A stretch of 64,000 bases of DNA from Chiloscyllium plagiosum (taxonomy: Eukaryota). Under the pieces are notes generated by a model. That model searched no databases and was not told where the DNA came from. It saw nothing but the letters and a program-made list of their open reading frames with translations. Positions 37,378-51,137 of this stretch are shown here, one piece after another (positions within the stretch are counted from its first letter, which is position 1; every line of letters begins with the position of its first letter). The stretch covers positions 36,006,501 to 36,070,500 of the forward strand of contig NC_057718.1 of assembly GCF_004010195.1 (NCBI RefSeq), written 5' to 3'. The translations under genes and the position numbers were made by a program.

Positions 37378-37937
37378 AGTCTGTAAATTAGCTCTCTGAG
37401 CTTGAAGGTTTGGTTTCAGATGTTTTGTCACCATGCTAGGTAAAATCGTCAGTGAAACTCAGGTGAAGTGCTGGTAGTATGTCCTGCCTCTCTATTTATA
37501 GGTCTTGGTTCCTTAAGGTGGGTGATGTCATTTCCGGTTCTTTTTTTTCAAGGGAAGGTAGATAGGATCTAAGTCGATGTGTTTATTGATGGAGTTCTGG
37601 TTAGGGTGCCATGCCTCTAAGAATTCTTTTGCGTGTCTTTGTTTCACATGTCCTGGGATGTGTTTGTTATCCCAGTCAAAGTGGTGTCCTTCTTTGTCTG
37701 TATGTATGAAAACTAGTGAGAGTGGGTTCTGTCTTTTGATGGCCAGTTGATGTTTATATATCCTGGTGACAAGTTTCCTACTAGTTTGTCCGATGTAGTG
37801 TTTTTTTACAATTTTTACATGGTATCTTGTAAATGACGTTGGTTTTGCTGGTGGTATCTAATGGATCTTTTAGGTTCATTAGTCGCTGTTTAAGTGTGTT
37901 GGTAGGTTTGTGGGCTATCATAATGCCAAGGGGTCTT
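37378..37937 (-). mobile_element. Penelope-like GIY-YIG 3' fragment, same family as 18715-20152; decayed hammerhead at 37416-37455
   Basis: Colinear with 18715-19267; NVIYKIPCKN...YIGQTSRKLVTRI. Confidence 0.9.
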
Positions 37938-38764
37938 TGGAACCAGGTCTTCCATCTTCAACACAGCCATCCACGGAGAGCAATGGCCATGAGGAACAGC
38001 ACAGATGATGCACCTTTTTACAACATTAGCTGGTAAGTGTTGAAAGGTCTCAAAGGATTTCAATGGGTGGTTGGATGAGTGGACGGGTTGTGTGAGTGGG
38101 TGTTGTGGGTGGTAAGAGGGCAGATAGGTGAGTGAGCTGGTGGCTGAGCTTACTTCAAGGGGATATTGGGCAGTCTGGGGATGTGTAGCCAGTTTGGGGG
38201 CCACTGGGCCATTCCGGCTGAGGTGTTGGGCAGTCTGGTCAGGGTGGATGGTTGAGTCAAGAGCTGGTTGGGGATGTGAGGTTTATGTGAGGGATACTGA
38301 GTTGGATTGCACTATTAATCACTGAGTTACATCAGCAATTAAAATGTGTAACCATTTTAGTGTCAGTATTGGGGTAAGTAGTACATATCTAGCTCAAATC
38401 CCCAACACTAAGTACAGTTGAACAGATATTTATGGAGCTTCATGAGCAGTGCAAGTCAGCCCATTGAAAGTTTAAGCTACTTGTGCAATAAAAGTGCACG
38501 TGCATCAGTCAAGACCTCCAGCAGATCACAAAGTATGACAGTTGCAGATGCCTCAATATTCAACGCAGTTGATATTCGGTAATTTGGTTCAATATCTTTT
38601 TGGCCCAGGTTTGCCTGATTATTTACTTTTAAACCCAATTACAGTACACAAGAAAGTAGAATTTCTGTTGGTATGTTCTAATTTCTTGAAATAATTCAGA
38701 GGGATTGGTATAAATAGTCACTTCTGTCATCTCTCCATGATTTTGTTGATCTTTTACTAAAATT

Positions 38765-39010
38765 GAGGAGACACAGTGGTAGTGTCCTCACCTCTAAACC
38801 AAAAGGCCTGGGTTCAAGTTCCACCTCTGCCACCGTGTATACTAGCATTTCTAAATAAGTATATAGGTTAAATATCTATAATTGTGATGATGAGGTGAGC
38901 TCTTGTCAAATTGTGGTAGTGTTCCTACCTCTGAGGTAGGAGGCCTGAGTTCAAATTCCACTTGCTCCAGAGGTGTGTAATATAAATTCTAAACAGATTG
39001 GTTAGGAAAC
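38765..39010 (+). mobile_element. Two tandem short tRNA-derived SINE relics
   Basis: gtggtagtgt.c..acctct...aggcctg.gttcaa.ttccac occurs twice (A- and B-box-like). Confidence 0.55.
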
Positions 39011-39391
39011 TACCTACAGTTGTAATTGAGTTTTGAACTGTTGGTTTGGGGAAGATCAAAAACACATCCAGCTACAATTAAACAAACAGAGCTTGTGTGA
39101 TTTGCTTCATTAAGTGAACGACTGACAAGATGGCTTGAATCCAAGCCACAGCTAGTGGTGATGTGCAGTGGATTGGTTAAGTGAGGGAGTTAGCAGAATA
39201 AAGGAAGAGGGAAAGGAGGTGATCTTTTGTTTTTGCTGTTTCTAACATTTTCACGTTGTAGGAATTGGATCTTACTCCACTGTGTGGGAACAATTTAGCT
39301 GTTTAGTCATATCCGATCAGCTGCTCAGATTGTTCTCATTCTAAAATTTAAAGTAGCTGATGGTCAGGTTAATAATATATAATTTTGACTC

Positions 39392-42022
39392 GGCAAGATG
39401 GCGGCGATTGTGTAGAACTGCTGTGGACAGCTCTGCCTAACAGCAAAGGCATACTGGTATCTTTTGCCATCCCAGGCCAACTTATGCGGTGGAATTACAG
39501 AACACATATTTGTTGATATTTGGGAGTGGGAAGGATGCCAAAGGGAAACATAGTGAGTAAACAGCAGCCGAGAGGACACTCCCCTGTAGCACCTACCACA
39601 CCAGAGACTGCAGCAACAGCAGCAGCTTCTCCTGAACCCCTCGGGGACCTGACAAACTCTCAGGAATTGGCTGTGGCGATGGAGAGACTTACCTTGAAAG
39701 TTGCAGCTGCAATTGAGGAAATCTGTGGGGAGATTCGGGCCCAGGTCCAACCTATCGCATCCATGCTGCAGAAGCATGAGCAGGAGGTCCAGAGCCTCAG
39801 GGAGTGGTTGGAGGAGGTGGAGGGTCGAACTAAGGCCTCGGAAGCTGAAATGGTGTCCTCATCCAGTCGAGTCCAGGTGCTGGAACAAGAGGTGTGGGCC
39901 TTGTGAGACCATATCGATGATCTTGAAAATTGAGGTCAGAGAATAAATCTCCGAATTGTTGGGCTCCCTGAAGCTGAGGAAGGTGAGCAGCCAGTCAGCT
40001 TCTTTGAAAACTGGCTGCTGAAGTTTTTGGGCCTTCACATCGAGTCCAACAGGCTACAAATTGAAAGGGCTTATCGGGTTACAGAGCACAGGTCAGGCCC
40101 AGTGCAGCGCCCCCGCACGGTCCTAGTGCACTTCCACTCATGTAAGGACAAGCAAAAAGTAATAGAAGCTTCCAGATCCCTAGGAAAAGATCCGCAGGCA
40201 CTGCTGTACAAGGGGTCAAAAATAACGTTTTTCCAGGATTTCTTGGTAGCTTTAATTCAAAAGTGGAAGTCCTTCAATGAAGTTAAAAAGAGGCTGAGGA
40301 ACCTGGGCATCCAGTACTCCATGAGATACCCCGCAATGCTCCGTTTCAGCCACAAGAACTCAGTTTATACATTTGACTCAGCGGATAAAGCTAAAAACTT
40401 TGTAGACACTTTAAAATAGACAGACTAACCTGAAGAATACAGTTAATGTTTGTTCTCTTTTCCTTCTTTCCCCATGTTTTCCCTTACTTTTTTTTATTCC
40501 TCTCTTTCTCCCTAATAATTTCTTTTTTGGAAAGGGGGGAAAAAACTTGGAATAAGTTGTTCCTATTTTCTTTAATAACTGGATTTTCTTATGGGAAATT
40601 TTGTGGATGTTCTTTGTTGTCTCCTTTTGTTTGTTCTGTTTCTCTTTTAGTCACAAGGGGGTGACAAGAATCCAGGGATGGGTTGAGTGCTCATCCTAAC
40701 TTTGTCTTTTTCTGTTGATTTAAGGATCATCTTTTTTTTCTGGTCTAAGGCTGGGGCACAGTCTGGGTTGAAGGAGCTGTGAAGAAGGGGATGGGTAGAG
40801 TGAGTGCCCCCTCTGTATAGGAGGAAGAGTCTTCCATTCAAGGTTTTATAGTTGGTTTTCTTTGTAGTTTTTTGGTAACAATAATTGTTGATAGTTATGA
40901 TAGAGTAGTTTTTGTATCAATAGTTCTTCTACTTTATGAGTCTTTATTTACTTATGCCTGGCGCTTTGTAAGCAGGGTTCTCCCTCCCAGGGGTTCAAGG
41001 GTCTCTGAAAGGGGATAAGTGTCTTATTCAATGGTGCACTTGGAACATCAAGGGAAGTCATTCGCCTGTTAAAAGGAAAAAAAATGCTTTCTAGCCTTAA
41101 GAGGGAAAGGGTTGATATTGTTTTATTGCAGGAAATCCACTTGGATGATGGGGATCACCTGAAATTACAACAGGGGGGTTATGACCAGGTATTATTTTCA
41201 TCCTTTACTACTAAAAGTAGGGGAGTGGTGGTACTTATCCAGAAAAATCTTCTGTTCACATTATTAGAGCAGATGAAAGATGAGCAGGGATGGTTTGTGA
41301 TACTTAAAGCCCTGATACATAGGAGGAATATGACATTTTAAATGTCTACTGTCCTCCGGCGCATCCCCTCAAATGTTTGATTAGTGCTTTCTCTAAGTTA
41401 AGTGCTCTTGGAACACAGTACATTATTATAGGGGGAGATTTTAATTGTCTTTTGGATCTGACAGTGGACAGGACGCCTTGTGGCCCCCCAACTATTTCTT
41501 GACAGGCCAAGCAGGTGGTTGACTTATGCGAGGAGTTGGGGCTGGTGGATATTTGGAGATGTCTTCACCCTACCGGCAGGGACTTCACCTTACTTTCAAA
41601 CCCACATAAATGTCACATGAGGATTGATCTCTTTATGGCTATTTCGGCCCTTCTGGATTCGATTTTGGGTTGTAAAATTGGGAATATAGCTATCTCTGAT
41701 CACATGGCGTTATATTTGGAGGTTAAGGCCAAGAGTGAAGGGCTAGGTTTACGCCACTGGTGTTTGGACCCTTTTCTCCTTAAGGATTCTAAATTTGTGG
41801 AATACTGTTTGAAGGATTTTCAGGAATTCTTGACTATCAACTCAGGCATGGCTATTTGTCCATCTATGCTATGGGAGACTGCTAAGGCCTTTGCTAGGGG
41901 ATTAGCTATTTCCTATTCGGCTAGCCAGAAACGACAGAAGGAGGAATAGCAGCGTCTACTTGAGATACAGTTAAAAGCCACCGAAGTGGCTCATTTTGCA
42001 GGCCTTCGGTGACTAAGCTACA
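39392..42022 (+). mobile_element. L1/Tx1-clade LINE, 5' half (5' UTR, ORF1, spacer, ORF2 endonuclease); 3'-truncated
   Basis: Starts ggcaagatggcggcg; ORF1 with DDLEN..R.NLRIVGLPE and IERAYRV; ORF2 TWNIKG...LLQEIHL, GGDFNC, RIDLF, ISDH, LWETAKA. Confidence 0.9.
39535..40419 (+). pseudogene. L1 ORF1p (coiled coil, RRM, CTD; Transposase_22-like), 294 codons with two in-frame TGA stops and no frameshift
   Basis: Track ORFs 39520-39906 and 40027-40419 share a frame; stops at 39904 and 39931 fall where CGA (Arg) is expected. Confidence 0.85.
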
Positions 42023-43844
42023 GAGAATCCAAAGGGTTTTTACAAAAACATTAAGGACAAAATGATAACAAGGGAGAGAATAGGGCCCCTCAAAGACCAG
42101 CAAGGCAGCCTTTGTGTGGAGCTGCAGGAGATGGGGCAGATATGAAATGAAGATTTTGCATAAGTATTTACTGTGGTAAAGGACATAGAAGATATAGAAT
42201 GTAGGGAAATAGATGGTGACATCTTGAAAAATGTCCAAATTACAGAGGAGGAAGTGCTGGATGTCTTGAAACACATAAAAGTGGATAAATCCCCAGGACC
42301 TGATCAGGGGTACCCTAGAACTCTGTGAGAAGCTAGGGAAGTGATTGCTGGGCCTCTTGCTGAGTTATTTGGATCATCGATAGTCACAAGTGAGGTGCCA
42401 GAAGACCGGAGGTTGGCTAATATGGTGCCACTGTTAAAGAAAAGTGGTAAGGACAAGCCAGGGAACTATAGACCAGTGAGCCTGACGTCAGTGGTGGGCA
42501 AGTTGTTGGAGGGAATCCTGAGGGACAGGATGTACATGTATTTGGAAAGGCAAGGACTGATTAGGGATAGTCAACATGGCTTTGTGTGTGGGAAATCATG
42601 TCTCACAAACTTGATTGAGTTTTTTGAAGAAGTAACAAAGAAGATTGATGAGGGCAGAGCAGTAGATGTGATCTATATGGACTTCAGTAAGGCATTCGAC
42701 AAGGTTCCCCATGGGAGACTGATTAGCAAGGTTAGATCTCATGGAATACAGGAACACGTAGTCATTTGGATACAGAACTGGCTCATAGGTAGAAGAGAGA
42801 GGGTGGTGGTGGAGGGTTGTTTTTCAGACTGGAGGCATGTGACCAGTGGAGTGCCACAAGGATCGGTGCTGGTTCCACTACTTTTCATCATTTATATAAA
42901 TGATTTGGATGTGAGCATAAGAGATATAGTTAGTAAGTTTGCTGATGACACCAAAATTGGAGGTGTAGTGGACAGCGAAGAAAGTCACCTTAGATTACAA
43001 CACGTTCTTGATCAGATGGGCCAATGGACTGAGAAGTGGCAGATGGAGTTTAATTTAGATAAATGTGAAGTGCTGCATTTTGAGAAAGCAAATCTTAGCA
43101 GGACTTATACACTTCATGGTAAGGTCCTAGGGAGTGTTGCTGAACAAAGAGACCTTGGAGTGCAGGTTCATAGTCCCTTGAATGTGGAGTCACAAGTAGA
43201 TAGGATAGTGATGAAGGTGTTTGCTATGCTTTCCTTTATTGGTCAGAGTATTGAGTACAGGAGTTGGGAGGTCATGTTGCGGCTGTACAGGATTTTGGTT
43301 AGGCCACTGTTGGAATATTCTGGTCTCCTTCCTATCGGAAAGATGTTGTGAAACTTGAAAGGGTTCAGAAAAGATTTACAAGGATGTTGCCAGGGTTGGA
43401 GGATTTGAGCTACAGGGAGAGGCTGAACAGCCTGGGGCTGTTTTTCCTGGAGCATTGGAGGCTGATGGGTGACCTTATAGAGGTTTATAAAATCATGAAG
43501 GGCTTGGATAGGATAAATAGACAGTCTTTTCCCTGGGATGGGGGAGTCCAGAACGAGAGGGCATAGGTTTAGGGTGAGAAGGGAAAGATATAGAAGAGAC
43601 CTAAGAGGCAACTTTGTCTCTCAGATGATGGTACCTATATGGAATGAGCTATCAGAGGAAGTGGTGGAGGCTGGTACAATTGCAATATTTAAGAGGCATT
43701 TGGATGGGTATATGAATAGGAAGGGTTTGGAGGGATATGGGCCGGGTGCTGGCAGGTGGGACTAGATTGCATTGTGACATCTGGTCGGCATGGATGAGTT
43801 GGACCGAAGGTCTATTACCATGCTATACATCTCTATGACTCTAT
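42023..43844 (+). mobile_element. 5'-truncated CR1 LINE (RT domain to tail)
   Basis: 336-aa ORF 42341-43351 with NYRPVSLTS, DFSKAFDKVPH, GVPQGSVL, KFADDTK; tail ctctatgactctat. Confidence 0.95.
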
Positions 43845-44225
43845 CTGCAGTAAATGATTGCAGCATAGGAACTTTGACTCAGAGTCTTTGAGCTGGGGAC
43901 TGAACTGTAGACACTGCAACACATAAGAGAAGAGGAAGTGGTCACACCCTGAAGAAAGGAACCTTTGATTTGGTCAGTGGGCAGGGAGGGGGAGTGCTGA
44001 TGCAGCTGAGGCAGATCAGGGGATCCAGAAAGCCAGGGTGCAGATGCTTCACTGTTTGCAATTGTCTAATAGGTTTGGAGATCGTTCAGTGTATTGGGCA
44101 GGAATGTAGAATAATCAGACCAGTCATGATCTGACTGGTGAAGCATATTTGAGGGGCCAAAATTAAAAACTCTTCTAAAATAATGAAGGGGCCAAATGTC
44201 TTCCTCCTACTCCTGTATGTTCATG
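43845..44225 (+). mobile_element. Old CR1 relic (ORF1 N-terminal part, then 3' UTR); probable 5' UTR at about 39150-39372
   Basis: ICSK..LRVFELGTEL*TLQHIREEE..LSNRF resembles CR1 ORF1; 3' UTR ggggccaaatg...cctactcctgtatgttc. Confidence 0.5.
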
Positions 44226-45090
44226 TGTCAGTGACTGGATCTATTAACTTAGCAGTTCAAATAAACATTGAACTATTAAAAATCTTTGCACAAAATGATT
44301 AGACTAGCTCTCTCCTGTAGTCAGACTACAAGAGAAACAAGATTTATTTCTTAAGGCAAATCTTACAATTTATTCTTTATCACGAATTTAAATAATATAA
44401 CTCTCATGAACTACTAATAATAAAAGTATCGTGGATGCTCCTTTAAAAAATGAGCATTGACAAGAAGAGTCAGATTTTGGTTGTCAGATACTTTCTGAAT
44501 ATTTGTACAGCAATATTTCTTTCCAATTGTATGTTCTTCATACTTTGGAAAATTTCTTTTAACTATACTGCACCATCACTTTTAGAATGTAGGGCCTGTG
44601 ATTTCAGTATTCTTAAACTTGTGTAGGTTCTTTCTGAAATGAATCATGTTCATGTCAAACTAAAAAACAATTGCAATTTGATAAATTTCTCACGCTCGTG
44701 TAATATTTAGAACAACCCATATTTTAAGAAAATTTCCTGTGAAGCTGGATTTAGTTTTCACCTGACTGCGAGATTTATAGTGCTGTATTATTAAAACCAT
44801 TCAGGTGAGACACCAGAGTTTGACCTATTTCTAGCAGCAGTTCTCTCATGGCAATCAGGATGTTGGAAAGGTGATATGACTACATTGCATTGCTGCCCTT
44901 TCTGAGTGATGGCCTAATTAGAATCTTATATCTGAGCTACATTTTATATTTTATGTTAATACAAAGCAGTTTCATCTTTCTATCAATATTAAATGTGTCG
45001 CAGAGCTCACATATAAACTTTGCTGGGCTAATCATACCCAAATGATGCTGCTTTGACTATAACTGCAAAACTACATTTTAAAGATAGTTT

Positions 45091-45286
45091 AAAACCAAAA
45101 TACTGTTGTTGCTGGAAATCTGAGACAAATACAGAGAACACTGGAAAACCTGAGCAGGTCTGACAGCATCTGTGGAGAAAAAACAGTTAGCGTTTCAGGT
45201 CCAGTATGATTCTTCTTCAGAACCCAGTTTCTCTCTCCACAAATGCTGCCAGACCTGCTGAGTTTCTCCAGCATTCTCTGTGATTG
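45091..45286 (-). mobile_element. Palindromic Penelope derivative with a decayed hammerhead (45186-45223) and a probable 15-bp TSD
   Basis: Inverted arms; ttttaaagatagttt (45076-45090) and ttttaaaaatacttt (45287-45301); minus strand GUU-CUGAAGA...GAAACGCU-AAC. Confidence 0.8.
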
Positions 45287-46894
45287 TTTTAAAAATACTT
45301 TGACTGACTGCTTAGCAACTTAAAAGCAATTGTTTTCTGTTAGAAATCTAAAAACACATGGCACCTTTGCTTGTTCAGGCTGTTAAAATTTCAGACATGA
45401 AATTCTAAAAGTAATTATTGTAGTGTGATTAATTTAAGTAAGTCTTCCAAAATGTCAATACAAGCCTTGTAGGCATGTAGCTTAGCCACATACTAAAGGC
45501 AAACTCTTTAAAATTAACTGGTGTTTGGTTGTGAACAGCTCTGTTTTCCCAACGTAGCTCAAAGTATACAATTTAGATTGGCTAGTAACTTAAGCAGGTA
45601 TCAATTCCAAGTTAATATCTGCACTGTCACCATTATTTGTAAGGTCTATAACAGTATGAGGGTTGTATTGCATTAATTCGTTCCTGTTTAGCTGCAGCTT
45701 ATCAGGATAAATCTGGCAATACTCTATGTTTCACTCTGTGGGCACAAGACAGGTGATGGAAATCTGTCACTGAAAAATGCTCTGTTTGTTCAAGGTTTTT
45801 TTTTAATGAAGTATAAAAGAATGTAATTGGATAGCTGACTGAAAATGTTAGGTTAATCACCTGAAATTACCTTCATAACATTGCAGGTTTTCACTTTGGA
45901 GCCATTACAATGACGGCTTTCAAAATCTTGCAAATTTAATTAGTGATAAAGAGAAGGAAAATGACAGTTTATGGCCAAATTTCTTTGTGCTAAATTAAGT
46001 TGGACTGATTAGGAAGAATAACTGAAAAGCTGCAGATGTTCAAAGACCTTTCCCATCAAGGATCTCATTACACTTTCTGAAAATTGCATTTGGATATATA
46101 GGGAAAGATTAACTAACATCAATTGATATTTAATACCATACATCTATGTGACTACAGTAATTAAGATCAAAAGCTTCATTAAGAAAAATACTTTGTTGCT
46201 TGAATTTATTTGTTTAATTTTAACCTGCAAGTAGTCTAAAAGTGCTCTGCAGTAAACTGTGTTCATCTGTATCTTTTTCAGAATTGCTTCAAGTTTAGAA
46301 CTTTACTTCATTTACCAGCATCATTACAAAACATTACAATTTCATTATTTTCATAGAATTTGAAGCTCTTTCATTGTACCACACTACTACCATTGGACAA
46401 ATAATCATGTAGAAATTGGACATCAGCTTAAAAAAGTACACTTGGCACAATCAAGAACACTTTCCTGATTTGCAACCAAGTAGTGGCATGCCGCTCCCCA
46501 ATAGTTTCCAAAAACACAGATGGTCTCAGTGATTCTATTTTTGAAGATTTAACCCACAGGAGCAACTATGGGATTTGAAATGCATTTTAGGCTGAAATCA
46601 ACTAATATAAAGATGGGCACTTCTGAGTTGGGTCCCGTGTGACAGGGTGAACAACTTTTTAAGATGTTTGGAAGGAGTTAAGAAGATTGAGTAATTCCTG
46701 CTTAACCTAGTTGGTCTCAATATTAATCAGGTGGTTAATGTGACTGGAAATGGGAGAGTACAGGTTGCTAGGGTCAGGTATTTACAGAAAGTCTCAAAGT
46801 CTCCCAGTAATTTATTTTGCATCTTCACTGGATTCCCAACCTGATAGACAGGCTTGGCTTACATTCATGCATGGAGTGCTCCCAAAAGGTTTTT

Positions 46895-47279
46895 ATTTAT
46901 TTGCTCATGGCACATGGGCATCACTGGCAGACCAACATTTATTGCTGCCTTTGAATGGAATGTCTTGCTAGATCATTTCAGATGGCAGTTGAGAGTCAAC
47001 TACTTTGCTATGGTTCTGAAGTTACAGGTAGGCCAGACCAGGTGAGGATGGCAGATCTCCTTCCCTGAAGGATATTAGTGAACCAGATGGGTTTTCCCCC
47101 CAACAATAAGCAATGGTTTTATGGTCAACTATAGATTCTTAATTCCAGATTTTATTTTCACATTGAATTCAATTAAGGAATTCAATCTGTCATGATGGAT
47201 TTGCACCCGGGTCCCCAGAACATTAACTGAGATTCTGGATTAATAGTCTAGCGATAATACCAGTAAGCCATCACCTCCC
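46895..47279 (-). mobile_element. tRNA-derived SINE (family B), near full length
   Basis: Minus head gggaggtgatggcttactggtattatcgctagact...gggtgcaaatcc. Confidence 0.8.
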
Positions 47280-50200
47280 TGATAAGATCAGGTAGGTCTG
47301 ATCCGTAACCCAATGGGGTGGAAGAGTCCTTGATTTGTTGGTTGGGGTGTTCACTCTTTGAGGCATTTGTATGGATTGAGATGGTCCGATGGATGCAGCT
47401 TGGCATGGCCAAGGCACAGCACTCTTGCTTGGCCCACAAGCAGAGCTATAAAGGCACTCACCTGCTCCCTGACCTGTCCTCACCATAAATCACCGGCAGG
47501 GTTTACTGTCAGCTAAACATCCTGCAGGTTAAAATGGGCGCTCCAGCCTCTTTGCAATATTTAGATTGCCATCTCATCTCCTGGGAGACGTTCAGTTGCT
47601 TTTCCCTATTCCCATCTCCATTAAACCTGCAAGTATGTGGGTTGGAGTTGGATCCCTAATATGCTTGGAATTTTGCCTGTGTTAACCTCAATTCACTTGT
47701 ATCCAATCTCGTTTACTCACACGTTAATATTTCTGCTGCAGAATCAGGAAATGCCTGTTTAAAATTAAATAACTCAATGCCAAATCTTATCCAGAAAGTG
47801 AAATAAAGAGGGGGGAAAATGGTGGGATAAAAACGAGAACAATGAAAAATGGGAAATAGCTATGAAATCAAATTTAATGTTTCAGCAATAATTAAAATCC
47901 CGAAAGATTGAACCTCCATATTTGTAAAATTCACTTTCAGTACTAGCCAGAGATATGCAGTTGCAGAATGTTAGTGTCTGATTTGCTCTTAAGTTCTGAT
48001 AAATCTAGTCCATTATTTGTCAGCCAAATGAATAGAAAAGGAATAATTAAATGGATCCCATTGTTCAAAAGGGAAATTTCATTTTTAACATTGATACATT
48101 CATCACTTTTAATTCATATTGACTTAATTCACTCTATTGTATACATTTTTTGGTGTAGTTTCTTTATGGGACCAGTTTCCAAATGAATTTGCAAGACAAG
48201 ACAGCAGAAGTCATGAATTCACTGCACATTATTATCAGGTAAACACTTGGATGAAGAAGACATAATGCAATCCATCACTTTGACATTTCTATAGTCCTTC
48301 CCTCAAAACAACTCATACTTAATGAGTGACCTTCAAGTCCAATGATTGTTGTTATTTAAGCAAACTGAATCTATTGTAATATAAATCAAATATTTTAACT
48401 AATTGGCAGCATTATGTTGGGATAATGAGCAGGCCATTGTATATGTGAAAATAAATCTGAGAATGAAATGTGGGATATTTTACTTAAACGTAAGAATTCT
48501 ACTGAGTGATTAGTTTTGTAACTAACATTAGTCTGAAAGTGGAAACTGGAAAGTGAGTCATGTTGCTTTAACTTCAGATGGGTGTGTTTGGATGAAGCTT
48601 ACCTTTCAGTGACTGTTTTTGTGTTAGTTATAAAAGTAACCACCCGCTGCACTGTGAATGAAATAAAATGTGCTGATGTACTTCAAAGGAGTGTTTTCAA
48701 AGACCCAGATAGGCTGAGCCATATAAGAAGATGGAAGCTAGGTCAAAGGCCAAGGACAGTGACGTCTTTTTTTTAAAAATACCGTAGTAGAAATCAAGAC
48801 AGGATAAATTAGGAAGATATGATGAAGTCTTAGAATACAAAAGACTGTAGATATTTGAAGGAAGAAATGACTGAAGCTCCACAGCTTTGAGGAATTTAAA
48901 TGCAATAGCAGAGTTTCAAACAGCATCAGTCAGAGAAGCTTAGTACAACAGAAATGAAAGAGAGAATGTAACTGTGAGTGAAAATTGATCTGTGCTGATA
49001 ACATTTCCTGAGCTGCAAGACAGAAATCTTTGCTATTCAAACTCTATTGCTTTGTGGTAATGCCGCTGACTTTACAGGCATAATAAAAATGCAAGTTTTT
49101 GTTGTTGCTTGCAACTCCATGTCATTCAGAGTTATTCAGTTGCCTATCAGCTGCGCAGATCCCATCTGCCTATTAGCACTGGTGCGCAATTAATATTCTT
49201 TATTTTAACTCACCTAATTGCCATTTATTTATATTGAAGCATCTTCATATTTTTCACGATTTTAATTCTTTGCAGAATACAGAAAATCAAAATGCAATTC
49301 ATACAATCTGCAGCAAAGGAACTGTTGTCACATTTGTTCTTTTTGTAATACTGGTTAACATATGTGATGAGACTGCCCTGCTTTATTATCATTACAGGCA
49401 ACAAATCCTTACAAATCCAGCAAAGAATTTTAAATACTCTTTAGGCTGAATTTTCCTGTTTTCAGTGTTTTGTTGAGTGAAGTCCAGTCTGGTATGGCTG
49501 GCAGCAATATTTCTCACACAATCTTCCTGCCTTTGCTTGTAAGTGCTTGGCAAAAGAAACAGAAACATTCCTAAGACTTCATATTGTTCATTTTGCTTGT
49601 GCTGTATTTTAAAGCCTTGTTGCATACTTAAGATACTGCAAGCCAGAAATTACCCCTCACACAATGGCATGACCATTATCACCAAGGGCATGGCCCAGAA
49701 AGTCAATAGAAAGTGAATGGTCTCTCGTATTTTGAAAGATAAGTGCTGCTGTCTTCTACCTGCTATCTCACATTCACAGGTGCACTACTCACTTTAACTT
49801 GACCCATAGTACTCACCGCAGCATGCTTATGGAGTACAACTCTCAAGATTGCATGAATCGCATTCACTCAATGGTTCTCACACACCTTATCCCCATAAAC
49901 TATTACTCTTCCAGTCTTCTGTATTTCCTGCTCACTCACTGGAGACACATCATCACCTCTTCTCCTCCTGCTTCACTACTAACTGCTCCTCCATCATACT
50001 CAATACAGGAATAATTGGCCCAGTCTCCATTGTACCCTGATTGAACTACCTGCAATCTTCACACTGGTTTCACTTAACCTGCAGATCCATCTATGGCCCA
50101 TAGCCTTGGACTGCCAGGACACAGTTCTCTGTAATTTGATAGGTCCAAGCACTTTACTGACTGTTGCCAACCTCCTGGATTGGAAATGGACATATCCCTT

Positions 50201-51137
50201 GACTGATTATGGCATTGCCCCCAAATGATTGTCGTTCTCCCTTCATCTCACTAAGGACAGCTCCCCTTGGACTTCCAGACATGGCCAATTACTCAAAGCA
50301 CATGCTATAAGTTTGCTATGTGAGCTGCTGGCATGTGTTGAGGGTGTGACATTGACATAGCACGGCCTTATACCGCAAGAGACTCACTTTTTGGATCATT
50401 CAGTGCTCCCCACTGTGCCAAGTTGCCTGCCTCTCCCTTTGTACTAGAAAGGATTGAAAGCCACAATGGCTGGCAGCCTCCAAGTAAGCATAAAGTGAAT
50501 GAGTGTAAGAACCCAGGATAAGGTTCATAAGAAACATCCTGCGTAGATGCGTGTGTATACCTAACTGCAAAGCAATTGGGAAAAAGCATGTAAGTTCCAG
50601 ATCTCCCTGCACTCTAAAGTAAAGAGTTGTAGGGCTGAAGTTGTGTGTGAGTTATTTCGAGAGCTGGTATGTATGATGATATGGTGAGGCTGGTGGTTTG
50701 TCCTTGCCAGCTTGCATTGGTGAAGGGTCATAGATGATGGTGGTTATGGAGCAAGAAGAGGAATTGTGGTGAAGATACATCTGAGTGTTGGCCCGGTAAA
50801 AGGAATTGGTGAACTAAAACTGAAGGCACCCACTCCGACTCAATTTGCAAAATGATGCCATTGATTTCTGGGGGAAGGAGGGAAAATTGATAGTGGCTTG
50901 TAAATATAGTGGGTTGGGCTAATAATGAGATGTAAATGTGTGGGAGTATATTAGTTGCTGTTCAAGAGCGAGATTCTGAAGTTACCACTTAAATACGATA
51001 TGGAAATTTGGAAAAGAAATTACATCACAATTCCTATTTTATCACTCTTGTCATATTTTCCCAACTTTCGTGCAATTGTCGACACCACACTAAGGAGGGG
51101 AAATTCTATCAACAGTAAGACTACCATGCTCCTTAAT

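Noticed and set aside
42341..43351. Longest ORF (336 aa) as a host gene or active reverse transcriptase
   Set aside because: It is CR1 ORF2 in a 5'-truncated copy with an upstream stop and a downstream frameshift
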